Below, piece by piece: positions 8,405-18,401 of a stretch of 64,000 nt of DNA; the first letter of the stretch is position 1; each line of letters opens with the position of its first letter. Position numbers and translations under genes: made by a program. The notes beneath the pieces were generated by a model. That model saw only the letters and a program-made list of their open reading frames with translations. It had not been told where the DNA came from and made no database searches. The stretch spans positions 65,561 through 129,560 of the forward strand of contig JAJEDN010000026.1 in the NCBI GenBank assembly GCA_022821495.1, in the 5' to 3' direction. This stretch comes from Candidatus Poribacteria bacterium (GTDB lineage: Bacteria > Poribacteria > WGA-4E > WGA-3G).

Positions 8405-10546
8405 TTAGAAACCTACGCCACCGGTTGCCGTATTCTGTGCCCTATCTGTTACTCGAATAGTAATAGAGTGAGCACCTTCGGGCAACTCATCGGTTTCTAA
8501 TAAGAGTTGCTCTTTTTTGGAATCGAAGATACCGTCATCGGGGAAGATAGCCTTCCAGTTCTCATCGTTGTCAATTTTATAGACGGCTTTCTGGATAGGT
8601 GTCGCCATATCCGTAACTTCACAAGCGATTTTGTAAGTGCCATTACCATTAGGCGTGACTTGAATGTCGCCGACAGCCGGTTGCGTATTATCTACATCGA
8701 ACGGCATACTCATCTTATCCGCAGATTTTGCCCAACCGACTGGATTGCTTAGTTTGTCAGTCGCGACAACTTTCACCTGATAGCGTCCATCTGCGACAGT
8801 CGTGATATCCCACTCAAATTCGGCTTTGGTTAGCTCTTTCTTCAGGAGCCGCCAATTTTCTTCAGAAATCGCTTTATAGTAGAGCGTGTACTGAAGTGTA
8901 TCGGCGTTCGCGTCTTCAACCTCCCAACTAACCTTCCATGTTTTAGAGGGCGCGTCGCTTCCACTACTGGATCCACCGCCACTTCCGCCGCGCGCGCCTG
9001 GAGGTGGTAAGTTCCCACCAGAACGCCGCCGTGTTTCTTGATTGCCACTGCTACTTCCATCATCTACATTAATACTCGTAAAACGAGGTTCAACATTAGC
9101 CTGCACAGAAGCGAGGGTGACCTTTTTCAGGACAGGTGTTTTTGCTGTATCGCTGGTTGTGAACTTAGCACGCCACTGGATATATTGTGCCTCTCCATTC
9201 GGTACTTGGGAACCTTCCGCGATCGTAAGTTCTTCCGACCAGTCATTCCAAGTGTCATCAGGCTTTTTCGTATTACCAGTCCGCGTTGAGAACGCGATTG
9301 CGGTGCCTTCTTCCATCTCACCTTCCCAAGAAAGTTTTCCCCAGCGGGACAGACTTTTTGCGTCGTGAACCTTCGATTCAAGCGTCCCGTCTTCCACGTA
9401 GTCGGTTGTAAGCGTAAAGAGTTTCCCCGGATTTCCGGTTGCCAAGAGGGTTTTGGTTTTCCCATCTACCTCTTGTTGATGTATCGCGACGATCTGATCG
9501 GCTGAGCATTTTCCAATTGCAGTAGAGTCGCCAGTCATCGGATTAACCTGATAGATTTTTCCTTCATTTCCGGTACCCACAAGAATTTGGGATTCGCTTT
9601 CCAGCACGATTGCCAAAATAAGAGGTTCCGGCGAATTCCAAATTGACACAGCCGTTCCATCTGGTCGAATTTTGTAGATATTGGATTTATTTTCTTGAGG
9701 CGGGCCACCACCGGGGGGCGGGGGACCACTCGGTGTAGGCGGTCCGTTGCTCGCGCCGCGCCGACCTCTTGAAGGTTCGGCGGGTTGAGATGTAACAGCT
9801 GCAGTGTATAGATTACCTTCACTATCCATTTTAAGGGCACGGATTTCTTTTTCTTTCGCTTGATAAATAACCTTTGCAGTGCCATCGTCCATAATATGGT
9901 AGATAATACCGTTGTCGCCGCTTCCCGCATAGAAATTATTTTCGTGCAGAAGGAGCGTCATAATATTTTTTTCTTCGGCATCAAAAAGAACACTGGATTC
10001 ACCTTCTGGTGTGATCTTGTAGATTTTTCCATCAGTGCCAGTTGCCGCATACAGATTACCGGCATCGTCAAATTGCAATGCCCAGACATATTTGTCGCCT
10101 TCATTGAGAAGTGTCGTAGGCGGTGTCGTCGCATCTGTGATTTTGTAAATCAATCCGTCAGGGCCTGTACCTGCGTAGAGGGCATCGTCGGGGCCGATCG
10201 CAAGACTGTAAATCGTGACTTCAGGTGAATTATAGTAAAGTTCAGCAGTATCAGCACCGGCACTAATTTTGTAGATTTTACCTTCGTTGCCGGTACCGGC
10301 ATAGAGGTTGCCTGCTGAATCCTCAGCAAGTGCCCAGACTTGCGTCTCCTTCATTTTCGTGAAGTCATCAATTTTTAGAGACAACATAACGTCTCCAGTG
10401 CTTGTCAGTGAAAGGTTTTTAGGCTTACCAGACTCGAAATCCGCATGATGTTGCTGTTCCCACAACGAAGTTTTTACTGCAGATGCGACACCCGCGAAAA
10501 TAAGGATGGTTAAAATTAAACTCCAAAAGGAGATGACACGGCGCAT
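8405..10546 (-). CDS. Secreted beta-propeller repeat protein with FN3/Ig-like C-terminal domains
   Basis: Signal peptide. About 7 repeats of the type GNLYAGTGNEGKIYKI / DALYAGTGPDGLIYKI / GNLYAATGTDGKIYKI. Pro/Gly-rich insert (GPPTPSGPPPPGGGPP). C-terminal beta-sandwich-like regions. Confidence 0.6.
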   Translation of the reverse strand: MRRVISFWSLILTILIFAGVASAVKTSLWEQQHHADFESGKPKNLSLTSTGDVMLSLKIDDFTKMKETQVWALAEDSAGNLYAGTGNEGKIYKISAGADTAELYYNSPEVTIYSLAIGPDDALYAGTGPDGLIYKITDATTPPTTLLNEGDKYVWALQFDDAGNLYAATGTDGKIYKITPEGESSVLFDAEEKNIMTLLLHENNFYAGSGDNGIIYHIMDDGTAKVIYQAKEKEIRALKMDSEGNLYTAAVTSQPAEPSRGRRGASNGPPTPSGPPPPGGGPPQENKSNIYKIRPDGTAVSIWNSPEPLILAIVLESESQILVGTGNEGKIYQVNPMTGDSTAIGKCSADQIVAIHQQEVDGKTKTLLATGNPGKLFTLTTDYVEDGTLESKVHDAKSLSRWGKLSWEGEMEEGTAIAFSTRTGNTKKPDDTWNDWSEELTIAEGSQVPNGEAQYIQWRAKFTTSDTAKTPVLKKVTLASVQANVEPRFTSINVDDGSSSGNQETRRRSGGNLPPPGARGGSGGGSSSGSDAPSKTWKVSWEVEDANADTLQYTLYYKAISEENWRLLKKELTKAEFEWDITTVADGRYQVKVVATDKLSNPVGWAKSADKMSMPFDVDNTQPAVGDIQVTPNGNGTYKIACEVTDMATPIQKAVYKIDNDENWKAIFPDDGIFDSKKEQLLLETDELPEGAHSITIRVTDRAQNTATGGVGF

Positions 10547-10697
10547 TGAAAATACCCTCCTATAGGGTTGTTTAGGCGGAACTTAAAATTACGTGCAAGT
10601 CGCCAAATTTATGAGTTTTGATTTAGCATTCACCCGGATACAGGATTGGATCTACGGACGCTATCCCATCCGGTTATTGTAAGGCGCGGTTTATTTG

Positions 10698-12623
10698 CTA
10701 CTCGGCATCCCTATCAACAACAAAACGAATAATCCCACTACCGGAGACAACATAATCTGTGGACATCTTGTCAACGTGTAAGGCTGTTCCTGAAGTGTAT
10801 CCCGTATTACCGACCACCTGTTTGGCAGTATTCATCACAGACATGACTGAGGGTGGCAAATTTGAGAACTCTTGACCCTGAACGGTGAGCCCCGGTTGCG
10901 GCACAGACAGTGCAAGAATAAGGTCGGAATTGTTTTCCCCGCGTTTCAAGAGTTCTACTAACTGGTTGATGTCTTTGTATCGAAAATTGAAAGGCGCACG
11001 CGAACGCTGCCAAGATTCGTAAAAACCTCCGTTGGAAGCGAGGAGCATAACAAGACCATCTGGGGCATCATTCGGAATCGTAATCGTTGCCGTCTGGACT
11101 ATAGGGGCTTCAAGGTAGGGCTGCAAAGTTACTTCTACGGCAACAGTATCACCCGGACGATACCGGAGTTTATCTACGCGTAAGCTTTGAACCCTTGCTG
11201 TTCGCCGTTTATCTTCAACTTTTATGTCAAGCTCGACACCTTCGACCTGTACCCGTGTGTAAGGGTTATTATCCAACATTGACATGGGGAAAGCTAACGT
11301 TTGCATAATACCAAACGCTGGTGAGCCGCCGGAGGAAAAGACGTTTTTATACCGCAATTCTTGGGTTTTTAGATCCGGATGCTCTTTCAAGGTGACAGTG
11401 GCGTTCATATTAACCGTGTGGTCGTGGAAATAGAACTCAAGCGCGTCAAGGATGAGGGAGGTTCCTATTCCGACATAGATGCCCGATATTCCACGATCCC
11501 TTATCACTTCATAGGACCTTGCGTGCTGTTTTCCATTCGTCGTTTGGACACTGACATTGACTGGAATATAACTGGGGTGCTTTCCAATAAGACCGGCGAT
11601 TGCAGGCTCTCGGTTTTGGACTAAGGTACCGATCGGTTGTGTCGGTGCCGCGATTTTGGAGGAACGGGAACGGCTCGGATAAATAAAATGGACATAGCCG
11701 CCAGAAAGGGGCAGGTTGACGTGGCCTTCCGCTGCACCGGCAGGATGTCCATAAGCGACTAACTCATTCCCATCGACATAAGTAATAGTCCCATAGCCAA
11801 AAAGCGAGACATCACCACGTACGGCTTCCGTCCCGATGATTTGTCCCTCCTCAATGGGTGATTTTTTAATACGACCGCCTCCACCTGCAGCCTGAACCGG
11901 TGTATAATTGTATTTGTCAAAAATCGGCTTGACAAACTTCATGAGTTCAGGACTCAGGGGCGGGTGCGCCATAGGTATAGACAACTGTGCAGCTCTCGTG
12001 CGGGAAGGTGTATTGGAAATGCTGTCAAACCATACTTGATCAAAATTGCGAGGGATCTCTGCGACTTTACCATCCCGAAGTAGAGACGGTCCCATATCCA
12101 AACCAGATTCCTGCGATGCAGCTGCAGTGCCAAGATTAAACAGTTGGGTACCTTGGTAGGCTAAATTAGGCTCCATCCCACGTTGTGCCACTTTAACCAT
12201 CAATTCAATGGGTGTAACACCAAAAAGATTGGAATGGGCACGCTGATTAATAAACCCAAGCGAAAGGGCACCTATGAGCCGTCCATCAATATATATCGGG
12301 CTACCACTCATACCACCTGCAGGACCGGTACGTTTAAAATTGTCGCTGAGGCCTTCACACCATATCACGTGCCAGCCCGGGTAATAGTTGTATTCAATAC
12401 TCACAACTTCAAAATCAAAGGGTTCCACCGTTATTCCTGAAAATACCGTGTAGCCTTTTCCGGTCATACCCGGTTCCACATCGGACAACGACATAAACTT
12501 CTCAGCGTCCCACTTAATTTGCGCATGGCTGTGATATGTAGCCAAGCAAAACACTATCAACGCGCAAAGCCAAACCTTTTTCACAACGTCACTCCTCTCT
12601 GAACTATCAGAAACCTGTTTCAT
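10698..12623 (-). CDS. Secreted peptidase S55 (SpoIVB-like) domain protein
   Basis: The GMSGSPIYIDGRLIGALS serine-protease motif is typical of S55. Signal-like VWLCALIVFCLATYHSHAQ. Start moved to Met28 (ATG 12623) because the first 27 track codons are encoded by the MITE-like repeat. Confidence 0.65.
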   Translation of the reverse strand: MKQVSDSSERSDVVKKVWLCALIVFCLATYHSHAQIKWDAEKFMSLSDVEPGMTGKGYTVFSGITVEPFDFEVVSIEYNYYPGWHVIWCEGLSDNFKRTGPAGGMSGSPIYIDGRLIGALSLGFINQRAHSNLFGVTPIELMVKVAQRGMEPNLAYQGTQLFNLGTAAASQESGLDMGPSLLRDGKVAEIPRNFDQVWFDSISNTPSRTRAAQLSIPMAHPPLSPELMKFVKPIFDKYNYTPVQAAGGGGRIKKSPIEEGQIIGTEAVRGDVSLFGYGTITYVDGNELVAYGHPAGAAEGHVNLPLSGGYVHFIYPSRSRSSKIAAPTQPIGTLVQNREPAIAGLIGKHPSYIPVNVSVQTTNGKQHARSYEVIRDRGISGIYVGIGTSLILDALEFYFHDHTVNMNATVTLKEHPDLKTQELRYKNVFSSGGSPAFGIMQTLAFPMSMLDNNPYTRVQVEGVELDIKVEDKRRTARVQSLRVDKLRYRPGDTVAVEVTLQPYLEAPIVQTATITIPNDAPDGLVMLLASNGGFYESWQRSRAPFNFRYKDINQLVELLKRGENNSDLILALSVPQPGLTVQGQEFSNLPPSVMSVMNTAKQVVGNTGYTSGTALHVDKMSTDYVVSGSGIIRFVVDRDAE

Positions 12624-12642
12624 GTTCGCGATAATAATCTCA

Positions 12643-12755
12643 ATAGGACTTACGCAACCCTTATTGCAGGCGGGGTTTGAAACCCTGAAGAAATACCCAA
12701 GCAAAAACCCTGCAGTGCGTCATGGGGCCGTTATCATGGAAAATGCGTAAGTCCT
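12643..12755. mobile_element. MITE-like repeat, copy B
   Basis: ATAGGACTTACGCA ... TGCGTAAGTCCT termini. The TGCAGGCGGGGTTTGAAACCC core is interrupted by the same ~25-nt insert seen in copy C. It lies 20 nt upstream of the S55 peptidase start. Confidence 0.7.
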
Positions 12756-13106
12756 GCTCAATTGTACATTCATTGAGATATAGAGCCATCCAGTTTTTTG
12801 ACCTGTAGCCTTTTTCAAATCTCAGATTTCGCTCAATAACTGTGATCTACGAGCCTTAATTCTCTAATTACATGGTGGCAAATTTGTTAGTATACTCTAA
12901 GGAAAACGGAAACGGCTCTATGTAATTAACATTGTTCAATACTGTCAAGAGATAATAGCATATTATAGCAGCTTGATGCATCTGATGTCAACCTGAATTG
13001 ATAACAATTTCAAATCTTTTCGTTAGCGAAGCCCTGATTTTCAATTGATATTTTTTTTTAATCCGTGTTATCCTTAAATAAAACGAATAGGAGTCGTATC
13101 CACAGT

Positions 13107-14645
13107 ATGTCGAATACCGCTTGTATTCTCGCGATTGACCAAGGGACAACAGGGACTACCACGCTTCTCGTTGACCTACAAGGCAACATCGTTGCGCGGG
13201 GATACCAAGAATTCACACAATATTACCCACATCCAGGGTGGGTAGAACACGATCCAGATGAGATTTGGAACGCTACATTACAAGCAATAGACGCACTTTT
13301 TGGAGATAAAGCACCAAACATTATAGCACTCGGAATCACCAATCAACGCGAAACAACGCTCATCTGGGATCGACAAACAGGAGAACCGATCTACCCGGCA
13401 ATTGTATGGCAGTGTCGGCGTACAGCAGATATGTGTACTGCGCTTGAGAAGCAGGGAGTTGCCAAAGAGGTAAAGACAAAGACAGGTCTTGTTTTAGATG
13501 CCTACTTTTCCGCGACAAAGGTGGCGTGGATCTTGGATAACGTTAGCGGGGCACGGGAACAAGCCGAACGCGGCGAACTCGCCTTTGGAACTGTAGATAC
13601 GTGGCTCCTGTGGAAATTAACCGATGGTGCTGTACATAAAACCGACTATACAAACGCATCGCGCACGCTGCTCTTTAATATCAACACCCTCTCATGGGAC
13701 GATACGCTTTTGGAAACCTTCAACGTTCCAAGGGCTATATTGCCTGAAGTCTGCCCGTCAGCGAACAACTTCGGGACAGCGAGTTTCTACCGCAATTTTT
13801 GGCTCGAAACTTTTGGCAAAAATATTTGCCTCGATGGAATACCAATCGCTGGTATCGCAGGTGACCAGCAAGCCGCCCTTTTTGGGCAATTGTGCACCAA
13901 ACCCGGCATGGCGAAAAATACCTACGGGACAGGTTGTTTCCTCATGCTAAATACGGGTAAAGAAAAAATAGAGACCGAGACAGGCCTTCTGACAACACTT
14001 GCTTGTAGTTTAGACGAAAACCCTGTTTACGCGTTGGAAGGCAGCGTCTTTGTTGGGGGTGCTGCTGTCCAATGGCTACGAGACGGTGTTCAGATTATTG
14101 AGACGGCTATGGAAACCCAAGAAATCGCCGCCAGTATCCCAGACGCAGGGGGCGTTATGGTTGTGCCTGCGTTTACTGGACTTGGTGCACCTTATTGGGA
14201 TGCAGAGGCGCGCGGTGCTATCCTCGGATTGACCCGAGGGAGTACCCGCGCACAGATTGTCCGTGCGACCTTGGAGTCAATCGCTTATCAATCTGCTGAT
14301 GTCGTCACTGCAATGTTAACAGATGCAGAGATAGCAATTGAGCGTTTGCGTGTTGACGGCGGCGCAACCACTAATGACTTTCTCATGCAGTTCCAAGCCG
14401 ATATTCTGGGGATAGATGTAGAACGTCCCGCACAAATTGAGTCCACCGGACTCGGTGCAGCATACCTCGCAGGTATGACAACCGGAATCTGGAATGACAT
14501 TGCTGAACTGGAAGCATATCGATCTGCAGCCACATCTGTAGACGAAGTTTCTGCAGCTCGCGTCTTTTCACCACAGATTGACACAAACCAACGGAATCTG
14601 AAACTCGCGCAGTGGAAGAAGGCAGTGCAACGGGTTATGAGTTAA
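13107..14645 (+). CDS. glpK: Glycerol kinase
   Basis: ILAIDQGTTGTT, YPHPGWVEHDPDEIW, GITNQRETTLIWD, GDQQAALFGQ: canonical GlpK. Start at ATG 13107, downstream of AGGAG. Confidence 0.92.
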   Translation: MSNTACILAIDQGTTGTTTLLVDLQGNIVARGYQEFTQYYPHPGWVEHDPDEIWNATLQAIDALFGDKAPNIIALGITNQRETTLIWDRQTGEPIYPAIVWQCRRTADMCTALEKQGVAKEVKTKTGLVLDAYFSATKVAWILDNVSGAREQAERGELAFGTVDTWLLWKLTDGAVHKTDYTNASRTLLFNINTLSWDDTLLETFNVPRAILPEVCPSANNFGTASFYRNFWLETFGKNICLDGIPIAGIAGDQQAALFGQLCTKPGMAKNTYGTGCFLMLNTGKEKIETETGLLTTLACSLDENPVYALEGSVFVGGAAVQWLRDGVQIIETAMETQEIAASIPDAGGVMVVPAFTGLGAPYWDAEARGAILGLTRGSTRAQIVRATLESIAYQSADVVTAMLTDAEIAIERLRVDGGATTNDFLMQFQADILGIDVERPAQIESTGLGAAYLAGMTTGIWNDIAELEAYRSAATSVDEVSAARVFSPQIDTNQRNLKLAQWKKAVQRVMS

Positions 14646-14646
14646 A

Positions 14647-16338
14647 ATGCGACTCCAATGGAAGTATTCCCTTGTTATCAACCTTTCTGTCATAGCAATC
14701 CTCGTGGCGTTTTACTTTTTTGATAGTCTCCGAGTGCGGCGCGAGATGAATGCCCTCCACGCTTTGGGGGCTGAGCGAGGGGCTGAACTGAAAAAAATGG
14801 CTGAAAACACCATACTCCATGCTGTCGTGACTGAACTCGAAACGTCAAAAGTATTTGATGCCGTCCAACTTGATCGGGTGCTTGATGAACTCAAGAGAGA
14901 GCGCCCTGATATGCAAGATGTGTTAGATATTCATGTTTCCTTGGATGATACGCGTATCCGCTCCAGCCTGTTGCCCCGAGAAGATACGGCTAACATTAAT
15001 CTCGATGCATCAGATCTGGTGCAAATTGAGACGAAAGGGGCAACAGTAGACACAGTTGAAGGGCAGAATGCAACTGCTATTGTTATTAAATATCTTGTTT
15101 CCTTGGCAACGCCTAAACAAATAGAACCGCCTGATGTTGATTACGAAACCACTTTAAACAATGGTAGCATTCCTTTTCCGCTCTGGAAAATCCTTGTCGC
15201 ACAAAATATCTATGTCATGGATGCCATCGTAACAGTCCAGGAAAAAGGACAGCGATGGCGGATCACGGATAAGGAACGCGTGAACCTCTATACCTTATGG
15301 AAGGAGAACGATACGTTATTTGTCCAAAAAACACAGGTCGGATATATTCAAGTGCTTTTTAATGTGCCGGATATTGACAAATCAATCCGATCCGCTTTGC
15401 TTATGCACGCGATACTCATCGTGATTGTTGGTGCCCTCCTCGTAATTCTGATTGATCTAACAACGAATCACTTGATTATGAGACCGTTAGAACGCATGAC
15501 GCGTATTATTCAGAGCGCGGAAACCGACAATCTTTCCCTTGAGCAAGATTACTCTTCGGATGAAATCGGGAAGGCGACCCATAATCTCGTCCGGATGCTC
15601 TGGCAATTGCGAGACGCACACTCAAAACGGATTGATGCCTTAGGGCAATTCGCCGCAGGGATCGCACACGAAATTCGGAACCCTCTTAATTCCATCGGGA
15701 TGACTGCTCAACACCTAAAGTCCGTATTCTCACAACCAAAGGTGAGTTCCGATGATATTGAAGAGGCAAAAGAACTGTTAGAAATCGTTGACAACAAAAT
15801 AGAGGAATTGAAAGAAATTTCAGAAGAGTTTCTTACACTAAATCGACCCAGAAAATTAAACAGAGAACCCGTAAACCTTAATGTCCTTGTAGATCAGGTA
15901 TTAGTGGAATTCGCTCTCATTACTGAAGAAGCCAAGGTACAGGTAATCAAAAACTATGATGAAAATCTGCCGGATGTTCCATTAGATGCAGCTTTAGTAC
16001 GACAGACCCTTTTCAACTTTGTGCAAAACAGCATCCAAGCTATGCCGAAGGGCGGTAGCATCTACATTACCACCTTACTTGAGGAGGTCGATCGAAAAAC
16101 GGAGCAGGCAGTCATCGAAGTCAGAGACACCGGCATCGGCATCCCTGAAGAAATTCAGGAACAGATTTACGACGCGTATTTTACGACGAAAGATGCTACC
16201 GGGGGCATAGGACTCGGACTTGCAGTTTCACACCAGATCATTACTGCGCATAAAGGCAAGATTGAAGTCAGAAGTCAAATGGGAATGGGAACCGCTTTTA
16301 AAATCAGTTTTCCACTGAATGAGGGTCAACTTCTATAA
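14647..16338 (+). CDS. Sensor histidine kinase (NtrB-like: HAMP/HisKA/HATPase)
   Basis: Two TM segments. H-box FAAGIAHEIRNPLNSI. N and G boxes (FNFVQNSIQAM, DTGIGIPEE, GGIGLGLAVS). Starts 1 nt after the glpK stop. Confidence 0.85.
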   Translation: MRLQWKYSLVINLSVIAILVAFYFFDSLRVRREMNALHALGAERGAELKKMAENTILHAVVTELETSKVFDAVQLDRVLDELKRERPDMQDVLDIHVSLDDTRIRSSLLPREDTANINLDASDLVQIETKGATVDTVEGQNATAIVIKYLVSLATPKQIEPPDVDYETTLNNGSIPFPLWKILVAQNIYVMDAIVTVQEKGQRWRITDKERVNLYTLWKENDTLFVQKTQVGYIQVLFNVPDIDKSIRSALLMHAILIVIVGALLVILIDLTTNHLIMRPLERMTRIIQSAETDNLSLEQDYSSDEIGKATHNLVRMLWQLRDAHSKRIDALGQFAAGIAHEIRNPLNSIGMTAQHLKSVFSQPKVSSDDIEEAKELLEIVDNKIEELKEISEEFLTLNRPRKLNREPVNLNVLVDQVLVEFALITEEAKVQVIKNYDENLPDVPLDAALVRQTLFNFVQNSIQAMPKGGSIYITTLLEEVDRKTEQAVIEVRDTGIGIPEEIQEQIYDAYFTTKDATGGIGLGLAVSHQIITAHKGKIEVRSQMGMGTAFKISFPLNEGQLL

Positions 16339-16367
16339 ACTTTTGGCAAATAAGGAGAACCGAGACG

Positions 16368-17759
16368 ATGGCATCAATACTGATTGTAGACGACGATCAA
16401 GCGCAACTGACGATTTTACAGCGCATTTTAAAACGTGAGGGATATACCGTTGAAAGTGTTGAAGACAGTACCGCCGCACTCGAAAGCTTAGAGAATCAGA
16501 TGTTTGATCTCGTTATTAGCGACATGTGGATGTCTTCGCGATTTGAAGGTCGGGATCTACTTCGAGAAATAAAGCGTACCGACCCTGATCTGCCTGTCCT
16601 TATTATGACAGCATACGCTGAATTGAATGATGCTGTCAATCTGGTGGCACACGAAGGCGCGTTCTACTACCTCGAAAAACCGATTCAGATTGATGTGCTA
16701 AAACGTGAAGTAAAGCATGCCCTCCAGACGCGCGGAGCACTCGGAGAACCTGAAAGCGAAACCGATGATCCTACCCCTGAAATTCAGATTGATGAAATTG
16801 TAGGTGATAGTGAGCAGATGCAGGAACTTTTCAAAAAGATGGCTCGGATCTTGCACCGCGGTGTCACGCAGGTACTCATCACTGGGGAAACAGGATCGGG
16901 AAAAAGTTTGGTTGCACGCGCACTCCATGAACACGGACTTAGAAAAGATAAACCTTTCATCGCTGTTAACTGTGGCGCGATTCCTGATACCTTAATTGAA
17001 AGTGAGCTCTTTGGGCACGAAAAGGGAGCGTTCACAGATGCTTCGCAGCAAAAGAAAGGGCTATTTGAAGTCGCAAACGAAGGGATACTCTTTCTTGATG
17101 AGATTGGAGACCTACCGACACAGACACAAAGCAAACTCTTGCAAGTCCTCGAAGAACGCGAGATACGCCGAGTTGGCGGCACCCAGAGCATTAAAGTTGA
17201 TGTTTGCGTAATTGCCGCCACAAACAAGGATCTCATTCAGGCAGTTCGAGACGGAACATTCCGAGACGATCTCTATTTTCGGCTGAATGTGATTCCACTT
17301 CACGTGCCACCGCTCCGGGAACATCCAGAGGATATCCCACTGCTCGTGAATTTCCTCATCCAAAAATTCAGCAGCGAATACACCGAAGCCTTACCAAAGC
17401 AGGTTACGCCACAAGCGATGTCTGCCCTTCGGCGTTATCAATGGCCCGGCAATATTCGGCAATTAGAAAATTACCTGCGCCGGATCTTTGTACTCTCGGA
17501 AAATGAGGTGATAGATAAAGACGAATTACCGCCGGAGATTGTAGATACATCGCTGCCAACAAGCGACGTTGAATTCGATATTCCAGAAGAAGGGGTTTCG
17601 CTTGATGATATTATTAAGGAATATGTGTGCAGTGCGTTGACAAAAAGCAACGGAAACCAGATTCAAGCTGCGAAACTGCTCGGCATTTCGCGCCGTAAAC
17701 TTCAACATCGGATGCAGAAATATGAACTCCAGAGCCAAGATTTCAAAACTGAACCGTAG
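16368..17759 (+). CDS. Sigma-54-dependent response regulator (NtrC family)
   Basis: Receiver domain (ILIVDDD ... DLVISDMWM). AAA+ domain (GETGSGKSLVARALH, ESELFGHEKGAFTDA, RQLEN). C-terminal Fis-type HTH (AAKLLGISRRKLQHRMQKY). Confidence 0.9.
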   Translation: MASILIVDDDQAQLTILQRILKREGYTVESVEDSTAALESLENQMFDLVISDMWMSSRFEGRDLLREIKRTDPDLPVLIMTAYAELNDAVNLVAHEGAFYYLEKPIQIDVLKREVKHALQTRGALGEPESETDDPTPEIQIDEIVGDSEQMQELFKKMARILHRGVTQVLITGETGSGKSLVARALHEHGLRKDKPFIAVNCGAIPDTLIESELFGHEKGAFTDASQQKKGLFEVANEGILFLDEIGDLPTQTQSKLLQVLEEREIRRVGGTQSIKVDVCVIAATNKDLIQAVRDGTFRDDLYFRLNVIPLHVPPLREHPEDIPLLVNFLIQKFSSEYTEALPKQVTPQAMSALRRYQWPGNIRQLENYLRRIFVLSENEVIDKDELPPEIVDTSLPTSDVEFDIPEEGVSLDDIIKEYVCSALTKSNGNQIQAAKLLGISRRKLQHRMQKYELQSQDFKTEP

Positions 17760-17782
17760 CCGGAAATATTTCTCATTAAAGT

Positions 17783-17901
17783 CCCCCTGATAAGGGGCGG
17801 TGAATGCCCATAAGGCATTCATACCGTTGATTCGCATTCATACCCGGGGAAGCCCATACGGGCTTCATACCGTTGATTCTGATTCTTTAGGGGGTTTAAA
17901 G
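17783..17901. repeat. Array of similar stem-loops / short tandem repeat between convergent genes
   Basis: Hairpins CCCCT-gata-AGGGG, AATGCC-cataa-GGCATT and GAAGCCC-atac-GGGCTTC. The last two are each followed by CATACCGTTGATTC. A final hairpin CTTTA-ggggggtt-TAAAG closes the array. Confidence 0.5.
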
Positions 17902-17922
17902 AACAGAAATTACTGCCCTGGA

Positions 17923-18366
17923 CTAATACCGAAGGATCCTTGTATCAATTTCTTGTGCCCACCGATCAATACCACCGACTAAACTCTTCACCGATTTAAA
18001 ACCGAGTTGTTGTAAAAGGAACGCCGCGTCAAGACTTCGCATCCCCCAGTGGCAATACACGATAATCTCAACCGCTGGCGTAACTTCTCTAAACCGTTTC
18101 GGTAACTCACCCAAAGGGATCAATATCGCTTCTTCAAGGTGAACCATTTCATACTCCCATTTCTCTCGCACATCCAGTAAAACAAACGGCTTATTTTCGT
18201 CCATCATCTCTTTGAGTTGGTTCGGTGTAATCGTGTACGTGTCCGCGTCCAACGGAAGAATCGCTTCCGATACACTTGGGGCAGCCTTCGGTAAATTCCG
18301 TCCCTGTAAATTTCTTATATACCGCTGCCGTATCTTTTTTAGTATTTTTTTGATATGTCTAAACAT
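17923..18366 (-). CDS. Rhodanese-like domain protein
   Basis: VLLDVREKWEYEMVHLEEAILIPLGEL ... IVYCHWGMRSLDAAFLLQQLGF ... LVGGIDRW (active-site Cys loop CHWGMRS). Confidence 0.8.
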   Translation of the reverse strand: MFRHIKKILKKIRQRYIRNLQGRNLPKAAPSVSEAILPLDADTYTITPNQLKEMMDENKPFVLLDVREKWEYEMVHLEEAILIPLGELPKRFREVTPAVEIIVYCHWGMRSLDAAFLLQQLGFKSVKSLVGGIDRWAQEIDTRILRY

Positions 18367-18401
18367 CTTTTGATTTCCTGCAGAAAAGGAGCTGCATGTC
18401 G

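Noticed and set aside
12624-12704. N-terminal extensions of several track ORFs (10698-12704, 18402-20483, 39734-41470, 59715-60431, 4393-5586, 51934-52926)
   Set aside because: The extensions are encoded by the MITE-like repeat, overlap readable promoters or overlap the upstream gene. Internal Met codons give proper signal peptides or family-typical N-termini.
17783-17901. Possible mini-CRISPR array
   Set aside because: There are only two to three short, imperfect units with no regular repeat-spacer periodicity, and no cas genes occur anywhere in the window. It is better described as REP-like hairpins or terminators.
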